A DNA stretch of 64,000 bases. It comes from Oculina patagonica (lineage: Eukaryota). The DNA lies in assembly GCF_052425735.1 (NCBI RefSeq), contig NC_135769.1, positions 25,854,001 through 25,918,000 of the forward strand, read 5' to 3'. Positions 63,673 through 64,000 of the stretch are shown piece after piece (the first letter of the stretch is position 1; each line of letters starts with the position of its first letter). Below the pieces are notes generated by a model. That model did no database searches. It worked only from the letters and a program-made list of their open reading frames with translations, and was not told where the DNA came from. Both the position numbers and the translations under genes were made by a program.

Positions 63673-64000
63673 GTAAGTCACTTTTGTCCTCTCACTCAAC
63701 ATCTGATCTACATGTACATTTTATTATGTTGGTAAAGTCATGGCACATCACACTTACTTTCCTGACAAATAGATTAAAAATGTGAAACTGAATATAAGAA
63801 AAAAAAATCAAAAAAAATGTGTAAAAATTTAAGAAGAATTACATTTAGTTCTATTTTTATGCTATACGCATTAACTTATAAAAAAATGCTAAATTGGTTT
63901 TAAAACTTTGCAATGAACTCAAACTTACAATCTTTTGAAGCAAGCTTTTCCATTCGCCTTCCGCATATGGATCTTGGAAAAAAGACAACTTAAAAACGTC

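Noticed and set aside
1-64000. Prokaryotic systems (CRISPR array, operons, rRNA/tRNA)
   Set aside because: Spliceosomal introns and eukaryotic transposons throughout; no repeat-spacer array or recognisable structural RNA seen.

Overview
AT-rich, intron-containing animal DNA, most likely a cnidarian (stony coral-like; inferred from protein architecture and repeat style, not a database hit). The whole window is a head-to-tail (+ strand) tandem array of one family of secreted or anchored proteins. Each unit ends in a two-exon module: a 150-nt exon with the fibrinogen/intelectin-type motif SCK...GDGEYWI.P.G....VYCDMTT.G, and a ~548-nt terminal exon GGWLL...RWECDD...GDFWKIYVR*. Seven such modules are present, with two alternative N-termini: type A (basic leader + hydrophobic segment + PAN/apple) and type B (signal peptide + a different PAN + EGF + Ca-binding EGF). 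Only A1 (3925-6601) and A2 (20974-23607) are complete and intact. B1 and A3 have PAN-exon frameshifts, B2 lost its signal exon, two modules are orphans (one with a stop in the 150-nt exon), and A4 runs off the window. All seven terminal exons are nevertheless open. They differ mainly at a few hypervariable patches that are shuffled mosaic-wise between copies. This suggests a diversified recognition (lectin-like) locus evolving by gene conversion, possibly with alternative last-exon splicing. The array carries many non-autonomous DNA transposons: two long-TIR TTAA elements (Sola3-like, one a 4.8-kb foldback), four Helentron/HINE-type families, Kolobok-like and Harbinger derivatives, and palindromic MITEs. 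One HINE sits exactly at the exon-shuffling junction that created type B.
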